The notes beneath the pieces were generated by a model. It had not been told where the DNA came from. It ran no database searches and worked only from the letters and a program-made list of their open reading frames with translations. A program made the translations under genes and the position numbers. Shown here piece by piece: positions 26,033-40,328 of a stretch of DNA of 64,000 bases. This stretch comes from Squalus acanthias. Its lineage: Eukaryota. Position 1 is the stretch's first letter, and every line of letters begins with the position of its first letter. The DNA lies in assembly GCA_030390025.1 (NCBI GenBank), contig CM059431.1:103356001-103420000 (forward strand), in the 5' to 3' direction.

Positions 26033-26776
26033 GGCCCAGAAATTGATCTCGCTCTGTTCCCGCGGGGGTAAGCCTTTCCCGCGATGTCTCACCTCGCTTC
26101 TGCTTTTTCTGATCCAGCTCGCACGAAATTGATGTTCCAGACATCAGCTGGGCAGTGCTTGCGTATCCCAGCGGCGTAGTGAATTCGTGCGAGCTGTGGG
26201 ATCACGTGACTCAGTTAGAGCCAATGGCAGCACACCATCTTCCATTCATAAGTCTCACAGCATGGCTGAGAGACTTATGAATCTTACACCCCCCCAAAAT
26301 AACAGCTAAACCTCAATTAAATTAAAAAAAAAAACCATCACATTAATAAAATAAGTATAGTTAATTAAATTAACCATTTTAAATAAAAAATTAAATTTTT
26401 GAAAAAATTTAAAATCTTTTAAAAAGTTATAAAAATAAACTTACCTGTCTTTAAAGTCTATAAAAAAGATATACCTGTAAAAAAAAATTCAAAAAAATAC
26501 TTAATTCACTACTTACCTTCTTAAAAGCGGGTCTTACTCCTCCTTTTTACATTTCCAAAATCTTCAGTACTTACCTGCGCGTCCAAAGCATGAAGTGCAC
26601 AGCGTGCGCGCAGCCTGTAGCGCGCACGCGATGCACTCCGGCCCCGCCCCCTTTTCGGAAGAGCAATTGCCGGTTTTCAGCGCATGCGCAGGGCATGCAG
26701 AAAACCGGCAATTGGAGTGGGAATACGCGAGAGTATGCAGTGCGTACTCTCGCGTCCCGGGATCAATTTTCGGCCC
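26033..26776. mobile_element. MITE family A
   Basis: TIRs ggcccagaaattgatc / gatcaattttcggccc. Confidence 0.9.
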
Positions 26777-26957
26777 AATATATTTAAGAAGGCGATAGAT
26801 AGATTTCTAGACACAAAAGGGGTGTGGGGAGAGAGTGGGAATATGGTATTGAGATTGAGGATCAGCCATGATCATATTGAATGGCGGAGCAGGCTCGAAG
26901 GGCCGAATGGCCTACTCCTGCTCCTATTTTTCTATGTTTCTTTCTATGTTTCTATGA

Positions 26958-29046
26958 GTAGGAGTAGGACGTAAGGCCCCTCGAACCTGCTATTCCATTC
27001 AATAAGGTCATGGCTGATCTTTGACCTCAATTCCACTTCCCCGCCTGATCTCCATAGCCCTTGATTCCCCTAGAGTCCTAGGACTGGATTTTGCAGGAGG
27101 GTCAGCGGGCACGATCGGTGGCGGGTCCGGTGGGAAACTATTTTTTCCCCCAGCGGGTTCGGGACCCCGCTGTGAACCTGCCGCCACGCGCCTTTCCCCG
27201 ATGTCGGGTCTGTCAGCGCTGAGCAGACCCGACACGCAGCAGCGGGTTCACAGCGGGCGACCCAATTCAGGTAATTAGTGGCTTGTTCAGAGACACTTTA
27301 AATGAATTTCAGCTCACCTTCTGCATTTGACAGCTCGCCAACAGGGTCCACACTGGTCATGGACCACGTCTGTCAAGCTGAGGCGGGAGTTCACTTGCCA
27401 TTGAATCAGCTGTTGAGTTGACAGCTTCAAATGTAAAGTAAAAGCTCCCACCTTACAGAGATATCTTCCCTCAGCCACAAACTCTTCCTCACTGCATTTC
27501 CACAACAGATTCATCATGCTGCAAGTCTTTACACAAGTCTCCATCCAGTCTGATCTCATTACCTCTCTCACCATGGACAGATCGCTTCTGTCATCTCGAC
27601 TTCACCTGCCATCTATTCCATCAGCATGGGTGCCCTTTATATTCTCTCACCTTGGTCCTCAGAATCTCACCACGATCAGCCCCAACACCAGCATCACCAG
27701 GCACTCCAGCAGTACCAACAACAACAGCACCAACCATCTCTGCAATCACCTGATGCTGCACAGGACAGAGGGCATCAGCACCCGACCACATTGCTGCCTG
27801 GGAGGTCAGGGATGGCCTCACCATGGCCAGATTTACTTCACTTGACACTGTACACCCTGGCTGCCACATGATGCGTCAGGTTGGTACCACCCCACACCAA
27901 CACCATAAAGCGTCCCGACAATGCCCAAGCCATTCCTTTCACACTCACCACCATTGTGGAGGTACCGTTATGTCTCACCATTCACTGCAACTCACTAAGC
28001 CACTTCCAAAGGTGCACACAAATCTGTTCAAGAACGCAAAGTGTTGAAAATAAAGGTTTCAATGTTTGACACCACATTAACAAAAACTTCACATGAACAT
28101 TGCATAGAACACCCAAATGCCTACCCTTGTGTGTTGTTAGTTGGTATGATTGCACTAGGATGAGGGTGATTGTGAAGGGTGGCTAGTGAGATGGGGAAGT
28201 GATAATATAGATAGAGAGGGATGGGTGGAGGTGCAAGGTAAGTTGGTGTGCGTAAGGATGTGCAGGAGTAGGGTAGGGAAGGCAGAGTGATGGGGATGTG
28301 ATGAGAGGCACAGCAGGATGAGGTTGAGTGTGGCTGTGTACTAACGTTTCATGATCTACTGAAATCTACTGACCACATCCCTGCTTGTGCCCTCCTGTGC
28401 AATGTACAACCAGGCTGTGTTGGTCTCCTGGGGAGGTCTCTTCCGCCCATGGGAAGGGAAGGGGACCTCCCTGCATGCTGTGACTCCCTCCATAAGCATA
28501 TGAAGGGAGTCATGGGAGAGCCTGGGTGCAGCCTTGTGCCTTTGTGCAGTCATTGTCAGTGTTTGCAGCACCTCAATGCTGTAGAACACTGACAGCATAA
28601 ATGTCAAAATAAAGTTGGCCATGGTCCCTTTAAGGAAACCGGCTGATGACGCGTCATCAAATGACGTCACCAGAGCTCTCTAATTGGCTGGGAAACGCGC
28701 TGGGCGGGCTTAACAAGCCCAATCAGGGGAAATTTATTTCAGAGGCCGGGATGGAACCAGCAGCAGAGTCAAGGCCTGCCACTGATGTCGCCCACCCCAG
28801 ACCCGCCGAGGTCAGTAAAATCGCAGCCCAAAAATCTATCGATCTCAGCCTTGAATATACTCAACGACTGAGCATCCACAGCCCTCTGGGGAAGAGAATT
28901 CCAAAGATTCACCACCCTCTGAGTGAATAAATTTCTCCTCATCTCAGTCCTAAGTGGCCAAGCCCTTATCCTGAGACTGTGACCCCTAGTTCTAGACTCT
29001 CCAGCCAGGGGAAACAGCATCTCAGCATCTACCCTGTCAAGCCCTC
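26958..29046 (-). mobile_element. CR1 3' end split by a Harbinger element
   Basis: CR1 at 26958-27080 resumes at 28830 (tagagtcc|aaaaatctatcg). Confidence 0.85.
27081..28829. mobile_element. Non-autonomous PIF/Harbinger with Myb-like and nuclease remnants
   Basis: TIRs ggactggatttt / aaaatcgcagccc. Minus-strand KAAPRLSHDSLHMLMEGV..RKRP..AWLYIAQE is Myb/SANT-like. Confidence 0.8.
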
Positions 29047-29154
29047 AATGGCCAGGCAACTGTTCTGGCTCCCTGAAGGGGTCACACATTGGAGAATGTA
29101 ATCACGAGGATTATGACCAAGTTATTTCAGGGCCTGTATAGTTATCATGGATTA

Positions 29155-29686
29155 TACGTAAACTTGAGGTGATCCAAAACTCGGCTGCCCGTGTCCTAAC
29201 TCGCACCAAGTCCCGTTCGCCCATCACCCCCTGTGCTCGCTGACCTACATTGGCTCCCGGTTAAGCAGCGCCTCGATTTCAAAATTCTCATCCTTGTTTT
29301 CAAATCCCTCCATGGCCTCGTCCCTCCCTATCTCTGTAATCTCCTTCAGCCCCACAACCCCCCGAGATATATGTGCTCCTCTAATTCTGCCCTCTTGAGG
29401 ATCCCTGATTATAATCGCTCAACCATTGGCGGCCGTGCCTTCTGTTGCCTAGGCCCTAAGCTCTGGAATTCCCTGCATAAACCTCTCCGCCTCTCTACCT
29501 CTCTTTCCTCCTTTAAGACGCTCCTTAAAACCTACCTCTTTGACCAAGCTTTTGGTCACCTGCCCTAATTTCTCCTTATGTGGCTTGGTGTCAATTTTTT
29601 TGTCTTAAAATACTCCTCTGCAGCGCCTTGTGACGTTTTACTACGTTAAAGGCGCTATATAAATACAAGTTGTTGTTGTTGTTGTT
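29155..29686 (+). mobile_element. L2 LINE 3' end
   Basis: LADLHWLPVKQRLDFKIL..FKTLLKTYLF and (gtt)n tail. Confidence 0.92.
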
Positions 29687-29962
29687 ATCAATTTTCTCAT
29701 CCCATCTACTTAATGAGTAAAAGAGAGGCTTACAGGCCGTGTGTTAAGTACACATGACAGAAAGTTACACAGCTGCTCAGAGGAATTTGCAGCCCAGATA
29801 TAAGTCAACATACTGTAATTAATAAAGCTCAGAACAATAAACAACTTGAGCAAACTTATGGGCACCAGAGTTCATTAGTAAAAAGTATTTGAGCAACACA
29901 ATTAGCCGGTATCTGTTGACTGGTTAGAAAACACCTCTACAGATACCATAAATCAACACTTA

Positions 29963-32900
29963 GGGCTGGATTTTGATTCAGGAGCGGGCTGGGGTCGTGT
30001 AATCCGCATTTCGTGTTAGCCACCCGAATCTAAATCGATGTGGGAGATTGATGCGATTTTAACATAATTGGCCAATTGAGTTCCAACGTGTGGGAACCCA
30101 TGGCCAGTGAGTTTTTCCAGTCTGAAAGTCGCTTCTGATGACGTCATCATTGCTGCAGCATTTAAGGTCTGCAACAAGCCTTGCTTCCTCTGCAGACTGA
30201 TATATTTCTTAAAGCTAAAGGTATCAAGGGATATGGGGAGAAGGCAGGTACAGGGTACTGAGTTTGGATGATCAGCCATGATCTCATCGAATGGCGGAGC
30301 AGGCTCGAGGGGCCGAATGGCCTACTCCTGCTCCTATCTTCTATGTTTCTATGTTTCTATGACTGCCAAGCTTCTGCCTTTGCATGTTAGAGGCACCTGC
30401 AGGAAGAATGGCCAGCCAGAGACCTAGGTCTGCACCTCGATTTGATGACGTCGCCCTGCAAGCTTTTAATTGAGGGAGCCAGAGCTAATAAGGAGGTGCT
30501 CTTCCCTTCTTCAGGGAGGAAGAAGCCTTCCCATCAAACCAAGGCTGTGTGAATCCAGGTGGCAGAGGAGGTCAACTCGTTGTCCATAACCCGCAGAACC
30601 TGGCTTCAGTGCAGGAAGAGGTTTCATGACCTGCTGCGCACTGGAAAAGTGAGTATGAATTTCCTATCACCCTCATTCTGATACCCATTGCCTCTCCTCA
30701 CCAGCACTCAGCTTTGACAACCTCTTCCTCCACATCCCACTTGACACTGACATCCCTGCACCCTTACCCATTCCCTCTCTCTGTATGGTCACATTCACCT
30801 AACTATTCAACTATGCAGCCCTCACACTCCCTATCACTGTGATTCTATGAAAACAACTTACAACACACAGGGAAGGCCCATGGTCTTGCCACCTCACTCC
30901 AAATTTGTCTCCTTCTAACCATCAATGATATAGATTCTCTACACTCACTCCTTCATTCTCACTCAAACTCCACTTGTCTCCCTCATTGCAGGAAAAGAGA
31001 GCTCATAATAAGAGGGAAAAAGCGAGGACAGGAGGAGGGCCACCCTCAGTAGCCCAGCTCACCACCTGGGAGGAGGCGGTCCTGGAGATCATGGGAGTGG
31101 AGGAGGATGCGCAAGTGGGGGACGGACAGACGGGTGCATCAGAGCAAGCTGGTGACAGAATAGTTTATCATCTCTCTCATTGACATTGCATGAGTCACTG
31201 ATAATGATTCTGATGCTCCAGCAGACTGACTTATGATCATCTGCAATATGCAATGTGCATGTAACCTTGGACTCACATCTCTGACTCTTTCCTTTACTCC
31301 CCCTCAGCACCATCGCGAGCAGCCGTCCCCACCATCCAGGAGGAAGAGCATGAGCCTCACCACTCCTCAGAGGAAGCTGCAACCTCTGAGGGCGCCGCAT
31401 CAGCAGAATTCAGCGCACCCAGCACTAGCGCAGACACTCACACCTCGGAGGGAACATCGCGAGATAGAGTAGTGTTGTCACCTGGTGTATCACAGCTCAC
31501 AAGTGAGCATCAGCAGATAGTGGAGACAGGGACAGCAGTGGAGAGTCCTAGTCGGAGGGCGCAGGACTCTCCTAGCTCAGCTCAGCTGCATGTCGACCCT
31601 CTGCCTCTGGGTCCATCCATAAGATCAGCGGTGCTGGAACTCCAGGAACAGATGCAGGAGTCTCTGACAGGTTTTGTCTCCAGGGTCGCTGTGAGTGTGG
31701 AGCGAATGGAGGAGTTCATAGTGAACATGAGCAGAGCCTTTGTGGAGTCATTGGCGCATGAACGCATCACCACGGAAAGGATGGCAACCTCCGTGGAAAG
31801 GATGGCTACAGTAGAGGAGAGGATGGCTACGGCTATGGAGGAGATAAGTCGCCAGAGTGTAGAAAACATGGTCATTGTTCAGAATAGACTGGCATCTCTT
31901 GAGGAGCGATGGTCATCTATTGAACACAGAAACCAGACCTTCATGGAAGTCCTTCTGAGTAGGACTTCCAGTGCAGATACAGGTCCCCATGGCCCCCCTG
32001 ATGTGCAGCAAGGTGCTCTCAATCCACTTGCAAGCGCTGAGGTGGGGCTGACCCATGAGAGGGATTTTGGTGGCAGACAACAAGGAAGTGGGGGCTCTTC
32101 TCCAAGCACTCACACGACCAAGCCTCTGCAAAGCCCTCGGTCAGAGCCCCACCAGAGTCCTCACCCAACTGAGATCGGCGTCTCAATCCCTGCACAGCCG
32201 CAGGAGCAGCAGACTGTTGCCGAGCCCTCACAGGCTCGCAACCCCAGAGGACGCTGTAGAATTCGCAAATTATCGCGATTTCGAAATAATGAGAAAGAGA
32301 CATACAGTTTCGTAAAAACAGTTTTATTTCAGCAAAATGCTGTCAGGTTCAAAAACGGACACAAGCAGCCTGTAAAATGGCCGCCGCGCCTCGTGGCAGA
32401 AGGTTCCAGATTTTTCAGTAGGCAGACAAGATGGCGTTTCAATAAACATTTCAGCAAGATCGGACAGTACTCAGCATATTGATATAAGACAAGACGCGAT
32501 CGTTTTGCATTGTTAACACCTAAGCAAGAAATATAAGTGCTGGAATCGGTTTTCCATACACAAACGGGGGCTATTGTACTGGGCAATCAAGGGCCCATCC
32601 AAAGACATTGATACGCAAATTCCCCGCGGCTCTACGATGAGAGAGCCGTTCGCGGGTACTCACAGCAAGAATTCGGAGGCCCCCAAAACCCCTCCAGGGA
32701 GACTCCTAGCCGGTTCCACAATGGGAGAAATACTAACGGGTACTTAGACAGTTACAAGTATCACCGAAACCCATTAACGACAAGAACCACCCCATACAAG
32801 AAGTTTGAGCGCCAAAACATGACAAAAGATGAACATTAAGTTTGGGCGGGAGATAATGAATTACAGTACTATAACTGTAGTGTCCAAGTGCCCATCGCTC

Positions 32901-35042
32901 TCTTATCCTTTTCATTCGCTTGGAATCGTCTCTTGGCTATTCTCCCGGACGACCGTTACTCTCTCTTGTTCCGCTGATCCCTTTTGGGGTCGACCTTGTG
33001 GCGCGCTGCGTAATCGGGTGCACCATCCCGAAGGTCGGTAAACGATGTCTGGACCCGAAGGCCCGAGGAGATGAGATGAGATGAGAAGAGAAGAAGAAGA
33101 ATCCACGTGCCGCCGCGGTCAGTAAACCCCGACCGCGCCCGTAAATATAAAGACCATTTTTGAACTCTATCAGGTTACTGCATGAACTGGTCAAAGACTT
33201 TTCTTCGAATCTTATCGACAACCGTTGTCAATACAGGAAGACTCTTCTTTGAATTTTACCGGTTAAGTGGTGTCGGTCCAGAAAGACTTTTCTTTGAGTT
33301 CTACAGCCGGGCCCGAGCACTGTCGAGTTCTTCATGACAACGGGGTGCCCAGCCTGCTTGCAGCAGCAGAGCGAGTAAACAAGTGGGGTACAGAGACCCC
33401 TGATCAACACGTGAATAGTCAGGTGCTGTGGCGAAAACATCCGACCATCGTTTTAGAATTCTCCGAGTTATCACGAGTGGTGAGCATGGTTCTCGATCCT
33501 ACAGATCTAGATTAGGACAGGTATTAATAGGGGAGGGTTTTGTTTTAAGGATAATTATAATGTGTGTCCCCTTTTTCGATGTGTCGTGCGCTCCTCGTTT
33601 CCCTAAACCTAGTTGCATAAATGTATGTAAGCTTGTACTGTCATTAATCTGTGCTTATGACATGTATTTCGTAACCTTGAACAATATGCAATAAAGATTT
33701 TCCATTTCGTACTATTCAACCGGGTCTACCTGAGTTTTCTCTGCATTACTGCTCTCGCACCTAAGTCCAGTGTCAGAACCGTAAGGGCGAGTGGGTCGAA
33801 CCACTCACAGGTGTCTAGTGCTACCAGGCTGGCTGGAGACCAGAACAGGCAACAAGGCCTAACCCCGCACTAGCACCCAGGCTAAGCACAGAGCCACGCG
33901 AACCCCTTACAACGCCCGCCAAAGGTGTCGAGGCAGGAGCAGCAAGAAAGTGAGCAAGAGGCCTCCACATCTGCTGAAGCCACAGGGGAAGCACCACGTA
34001 GGAACATGCGTAAAAGAAAAATAATGCACAAGTAGTCACAAGGGTAGTCACTTGGGTGTAATGTTGTGTTTAATCTTGAAATGCCAGCACTTGCTTGGTG
34101 TGATTAAAAATTCTGCTGGCAAACTGCTGAAGTTGTGGCGTCTGTCATTTCGCAAATGGGACTTCCACATTGAGGGCTTAGGATGACTTGCAATTGTCAG
34201 TATGGTGGTCAGAGTGATAGGAATCCGCAGGTTCCTGGCCATTGTCGATGGTCTGCTAAGAAGGTGCGAGGCAAAAGTGTTTGATTTTGCAGGCTAAGCA
34301 AATCTGGTCAAGTGCGTCCCTTGCATCTCGGGCAGCAATCTCGCGCGCTGGCGCCTTCTGGCCTGTGCAGCTTCAGGTGGGTGAGGAGCAGCTTGGCACT
34401 TCTGTTGATGCTGCTGCTGCTGGTAGTGCTGTTGTTCATGGTTCTGCTGCTGCCACGGCTGGTCTTCGTCTGAATCTGATGTCCAGGAGGAAAGGAAATA
34501 AATGGTTCCCATGCTTCTGGTATATGCCTCAGTTGAGGAAGCGCTCAGTCAAGGTGGCGAGAGGGGTTTCCCAGGAGGTCACACTGGAGATGGGTGTCAG
34601 GCTCCAAACTTCCACAGCTGTGGTTATGCCATATAAAAGTTCCCCCAGACCTCAGACAACAAAGTCCTGCCAACTGCAAATGATGGCTGATCACATCTCC
34701 TATTTCATGGTTGAGCTGCAGCTGATAGTCAGCAATCCAAATGTGCTACCGCCAGGTTTCACATTCGTGGTTCAGAACAGGCGTGCTTCACGTGGAAAAA
34801 GGGTTAAAATCACAAAGGCCTTTCAAAATGGCATCATAGAGGTAATTTAGTGCTTTTTAAGGGCCTTAGTGGCCTATCCCGCCTCTTAGAGGCGGGACGG
34901 AGTCGGGACCAGCAGACACGATTTAATGAAAATTGCGTGGAGGCGGGATGGAGGCGGACTTGTGCCCACCCGCCAGTTTTCGCAATTTTAACCCCCCACA
35001 TGCCTCCAAACCCGCCTCCACGGGTCAATGAAAATTCTGCCC
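29963..35042 (+). mobile_element. PIF/Harbinger transposon with a spliced Myb/SANT-like gene, internally deleted
   Basis: TIRs gggctggatttt / aaaattctgccc with a perfect TTA duplication. Exon 1 ~30408-30648 (RTWLQCRKRFHDLLRTGK|gtgagt); exon 2 ~30991-31151 (EKRAHNKREKARTGGG); exon 3 from ~31308 ending PRRNMRKRKIMHK* ~34034. Carries a nested CR1 tail (30198-30362) and an LTR. Confidence 0.9.
32255..33808 (+). mobile_element. Probable solo LTR (~1.55 kb) inserted in the Harbinger Myb gene
   Basis: TG...CA ends; TATA-like aatataaa ~33143; AATAAA ~33690; CpG-rich; the host ORF resumes after it. No clean TSD. Confidence 0.65.
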
Positions 35043-35099
35043 TTAATGTCGCATGTGCACGTTATTTCCAGTAACAGCCAAAAGAAATGTAGCACTTTA

Positions 35100-35537
35100 A
35101 AGAAAGAATTTGCATTTATATAGCGCCTTTCACGAGCCTAGGACATTCCAAAGTACTTTTGAACTGTCGTCACTGTTGTAATGTAGGAAACGCGGCAGCC
35201 AATCTGTGCGCAGCAAGCTCCCACAAACAGCAATGTGATAATGACCAGATAAACTGTTTTTTAGTGATCTTGGTTGAGGGATAAATATTGGCCAGGACAC
35301 CGGGGAGAACTCCCCCTGGTCGACTTTGAAATAGTGGCCGTGGGATCTTTTACATCCACCTGAGAGGGCAGACGGGGCCTCGGTTTAAAGTCTCATCCGA
35401 AAGACGGCACCTCCGACAGTGCAGCACTCCCTCAGCACTGCACTGGAGTGTCAGCCTAGATTTTGGAGCTTAATGGAATGGGACCTGAACCCTCATCCTT
35501 CTGACTCAGAGGCGAGAGGGCGACCAACTGAGCCACG
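35100..35537 (-). mobile_element. DeuSINE, full length
   Basis: Head, Deu domain and tail. Confidence 0.92.
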
Positions 35538-36424
35538 GTTTATTATGCGCCATTATTATTTAGATTAACAAGGTCACAATGGACAGTAGACTCAGCAAAA
35601 TATATAGTTAGGCCATCATCATAAAGCTCCCTGATGTATAACAGGCTCTGACACAAGAAGCTTTTCATTTTCTTCATTGATATGCCCCATATAAAGTAGC
35701 TCATCTTGTATGTCTTATCAAGCTATAGCTTTCTAAAAGTGCACTTTATTGCAATCACACGGGAATAAATTCTACAAGAATTTGTAATGACAATAACTGG
35801 AGGCATTTTTTGAAAAGACCTCTCTGATGGGCTTTGTACTAATAACAGCTGTAATGTTGTGTTGAACAGGATGTCCTCCTTCCATAAATATATCTACATT
35901 GGTGAATTTTGGTGTATTATGAAAACCCAAAGTAGACATGCGGCCAGTTTTTTTCAAGATTGAAAAAATATTTTGTGGTGAATTACTGATTTGAACAGTG
36001 AGCACGAACTTCCATACCAAATTTATCCTCACTATGCAAAAATCTTATTCTAAAACTGTAGCCATTTTAAGTTTCTCACTGTCACAGCAAGAGCTCAGAG
36101 AGACATCTTTTTTCTTAAAGTAGATCAATGATCAATTTCATTATTTATCAGGCAATTAAGAGGCAGAACACTGCACACCTAGGGATAATTCTGTACGCAG
36201 CAATAGGGGAAACTACATAATTCAACAACTTCCTAATTTGTCAAAAGAATCAGACAACTTTTCCAAGGCAGGAGTTCAGTCTCCTATGACTAGAAATATC
36301 TGTTCATCGCCTCATTAAATTCATTTGCTGCCTCTGCAGATTCCCTCACCTTTCCAATTCTGCAGAACTTTTCAACTTTTTGCCAAGCAGAATCAAATCC
36401 ATCAATTCAAACTTCCCTTCTGCT

Positions 36425-37470
36425 GAAATCACCATTCTTGATCCCTGGCCACTGTCTGAGGCTGAAACAGACCCATCGCAAACTTTGTGTCCTATTTGAC
36501 CCCGAGATGAACTCCCGACCCCATGTCCTCTCCATCACCAAGGCCGCCTATTTCCACCTCCGTAACATCGCCCGAATGCTTCCTTATCTCCTTATCTAAG
36601 GAAGGATATCCTTGCCTTGGAGGCGGTGCAACGAAGGCTCACTAGATTGATTCCTGGGATGAGAGGGCTGTCCTTTGATGAGAGATTGAGTAGAATGGGC
36701 CTATACTCTCTGGAGTTTAGAAGAATGAGAGGTGATCTCATTGAGACATACAAGATTCTGAGGGGGATTGACAGGGTAGATGCTGAGAGGTTGTTTCCCC
36801 TGGCTGGAGAGTCTACAACTAGGGGGCATAGTCTCAGGATAAGGGGTCGGCCTTTTAGGACCGAGATGAGGAGGAATTTCTTCACTCAGAGGGTTGTGAA
36901 TCTTTGGAATTCTCTGCCCCAGAGGGCTGTGGATGCTGAGTCTTTGAGTATATTCAAGGCTGAGATAGATAGATTTTTGGACTCTAGGGGAATCAAGGGA
37001 TCTGGGGATCGGGCGGGAAAGTGGAGTTGAGGTCGATGATCAGCCACCATCTTATTGAATGGCGGAGCAGGCTCGAGGGGCCGTATGGCCGACTCCTGCT
37101 CTTATTTCTTATGTTCTTATGTTCTTATGAATCCGCCCTTGCCTCAGCTCATTTGCTGCTGAAACCCTCATCCATGCCATTGTTACCTCTAGACTCGACT
37201 ATTCCAATGCTCTCCCGACGAGCCTCCCACCTTGCACCCTCCGTAAACCTCATCCAGAACTCTGCCGCCCATATCCTAACTCGCACTAAGTCCCGTTCAC
37301 CCATCACCCCTGTGCTCGCTGACCTACATTCATTCCTAGCCTGGCAACACCTCGATTTTAAAATTCTCAATCCTTGTTTTCAAATCCCTGCATGGCCTCG
37401 CCCCTCCCTATCTCTGCAACCTTCTCCAGCCCAACAACCCTCCGAGACCTCTGCACCCCTCCAATTCTGG
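36425..37470 (+). mobile_element. L2 fragment with nested CR1 3' end (36590-37127)
   Basis: L2 AYFHLRNIAR...PITPVLADLH; CR1 ORF 36617-37030. Confidence 0.88.
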
Positions 37471-37477
37471 CCTGTTT

Positions 37478-37828
37478 TAATGTAGGAAACACGGCAGCCA
37501 ATTTGGGCACAGCAAGGTCCCACAAACAACATTGTGATCATGACCAGACAATCTGTTTTTGAGGGATAAATATTGGCCAGGGCAATCAACAGAACTTCCA
37601 CTGCCCTTTTTCACAATAGTACCACAGGATCTTTTATTTCCACCTGAGAGGGCAGACAATTTAATCATCTGAAAGAAAGATGGCCCCTCTGACAGTGCAG
37701 CATTCCCTCAGTACTGCACTGGAGCGTCATGCCTAGATTTTTGCGTTACAAGTCTCAGTGGAGTGGGATTTGAACCCACAACCCCTTCTGACCCAGAGAC
37801 GGAAGCAATACCCACTGAGCCATGGCTG
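37478..37828 (-). mobile_element. DeuSINE
   Basis: Head plus Deu domain. Confidence 0.85.
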
Positions 37829-38639
37829 ATACAGCAAAAACCTAATGAGTTAAAGTAGGCCACAGGCTGAATAGCTACACTTTCTGCACTGGTTTTTATT
37901 CATCTGATACGGTTACGTTTGCAGGCTGGGAGAAAGAGGAGTTAATTAATTTCCCATCAGCCTGACCGTCATCAACTCGTTGATATCTGGCGTGACAGGT
38001 TCTTGATATGTGTCTGTCAAGAATGAATCACACTTTAAATTGAGTTCTTGTGACAAAATGGATCATCTTGGATGGTCACGAAACAGAAAGAGGAGATTTT
38101 TTTTTATAATCAAGGATTTAAGAGATTGCATTTTGGCACCCAAACTCAGAAGGTGGTTTTATTGGGAAGGTTGAGAAAGCTTAATCTCATAGAGCCAAAC
38201 ATTTAAAGCCTATCACATTGTCAAATCTCTGAGAACAGAGACACATAAATTAGAGGTAAGGGTACACTAGAAATACAACATATGTATAAGGTTGGATGGA
38301 CCAGGTAGAGACGAACACAACTGAATCAGTGTTCCAGAGAGACAGATCTGCCCAACTCTATCAACACTGCCTCGGAAGAACAAGGTTGTATGAAATCAAG
38401 CAATAATATTGTCGAAGCTAGTAGCTTATCAGTGATACCCCGAAATGTACTATAAATTTACTGCATGTACTTGTTATTCAAAGCTGTTATCTTGTTAGCT
38501 ATGGAAGGATTCTACCCATAAACTAGCCTTGCTGACTTTACATTAATGTTGAGCATTGAGTGTAACTTTATCCTGTGTTAAGTAGAACCCAGCTAACTCT
38601 AGTCAGTTAACTATATCTTTGCATACTCCTTAATGCTCA

Positions 38640-40018
38640 GGGGGAAAAATTCAGTTGGTTAGCGCCTCCCGTTAGTGCCAGCACCTGGTGCTAACGGGGC
38701 GCTGCTGCAGTAGCAACGGGGCGAAGCGAATCCAGCAACGCACGGCAAATCCAGTCCCTCCGTTGCGCCGCCGGCACAAGGTACCACCGGGGACTTCAAC
38801 GCCAGGCAGATCGTGATGTCAGCAACGCTCACTGGGTGCCCGAGCTGCAAAATTGATTTTCACCACCTACCTTAGCGCCTCGACCAGCCAGCGAGGAGAG
38901 GAGGCGTCATGCAGGCGGAAGCTGGCTCCAGGGACGTTATTCAAAAGGATCATGAGTAATGAGTCGCAGCTGTCAGGTTAGTGGAGTTTCAGTGCTTTCT
39001 TGTCAGTTTGACATTGTGCAACAGCTTAATTCAGTAATTTAAAGGTTCTTTTGTATCAGGAGTGTTGTGGTAACTTAAAAGTAGTTACATTTATTCTTAA
39101 AAATTATCAAAGTGCTACACTTGGCTTATATTAATGGGGACTGTACTGGCAGTTGACCTCACCCTCCAGGATCTACGGCGGAGAGAGCGGAGGCAACGAG
39201 AAAGACTGGAACATGTGGCCAGGGAGAGGAAGAGGGCCATCAGGGCTCTCAACTGGAGGCCTTACCCTCTGAGGGTATTCCGAGAGCACTTCTCCTACCT
39301 CCAATTAAGCAAGGAGCTGTGTATTAGACAGCCCCACATCGCCAAGGTGGTGGTCACAGAACTCTGCCACCTCCTCCAAACAGACCTCCAGCCTCACAGC
39401 AGGATGACTTAAAGCCCAGATCCCTTTTACTCACCACATGCCCATCATGTCCATATCACAGCGTCCTCCTGGGTGCAAAGGTGAAATGAGAGAGACCACA
39501 AAATATTGCAAACTCCATTAATAAATTTATGCATAAACATATCACACATATCACATTCATTCTAATAACTAATGACCCTTGTGCCTGCCATAGTTGAATA
39601 GCTGTCATTGTGTGCAAGGCATGAGATGTGGGTGTGAATGTTGGTAGGTAAAGATTGTTGAGCAAACCTGCTTCAGTCCTCCGGCTCCTTCTCCTTGTTG
39701 TGCTTCTCCTTGCTGAGGCAGCTGCACAGCCAGCACTGCTGAGAATGAGGTGCTGCAGCATCAATGAACCTCCCCTTTAAGTACTGGGAAAAGCCTGTGG
39801 CAATGATGAGTTGCGATTAGACTGCACCTGATATTGGTCCACCCTTTGAGTGTAGCGCCAATGAGCTAGGCCTTTAAGATTTGATTTAGCACCGCAATCA
39901 TTTCTTTGAGCAGTGAGAATGAATTTTGCATGCAGTCTAAAGCATTAGCGCCTGGCACGAATTCTCTAGCTTTTCTAATTTTACCGCCCACTCCTGGGCT
40001 ATAATGAATTTCTAGCCC
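38640..40018. mobile_element. Non-autonomous Harbinger with HARBI1-like N-terminal remnant
   Basis: TIRs gggggaaaaattca / tgaatttctagccc; flanks tca/tta; ORF 39134-39412 RPYPLRVFREHFSYLQLS..VVTELCHLL; same TIR family as the 4276 element. Confidence 0.85.
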
Positions 40019-40328
40019 TTAGTCTTTTGATAGTATTAATCTCGCTATTGTGGATATGCTAATTAAATAATGCTGATTCATAAACTTCTGTGTTTGGTTC
40101 CGTCTTTGATGACCTTTGACAAGAAGAGGTTAACTCCTTCACTCCACAATGTACTGCATTCCCAAAGAGCCTGGTTCCGTTTGTAGCTTTAATACACTCT
40201 GAGCTGGATAATGTAATACAGTTGAGATGTGAGCCAAAATTATAGGCAACTAGCAACACTTGGGCATGATAGTAAATCTTCAGCTAAGTACACTTTATGA
40301 TATCTTTGCATCAATACTCCTTATATTT

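Noticed and set aside
31472..32482. 336-aa ORF as a host gene
   Set aside because: It is exon 3 of the Harbinger Myb-like gene reading into an inserted LTR.
35860..35890. GGHP / QHN in ORF 35772-36032 as the L GHP or HR motif
   Set aside because: The position is wrong for GHP and the spacing from the GxxT region does not fit HR, so it was not used as evidence.
38320..38350. Possible family-B DNA polymerase motif (SG-TDSVVFV, Polinton/herpes-like) on the minus strand
   Set aside because: It needs a frameshift and no other PolB motifs are present. The flanking sequence fits collinear L-protein motifs better.
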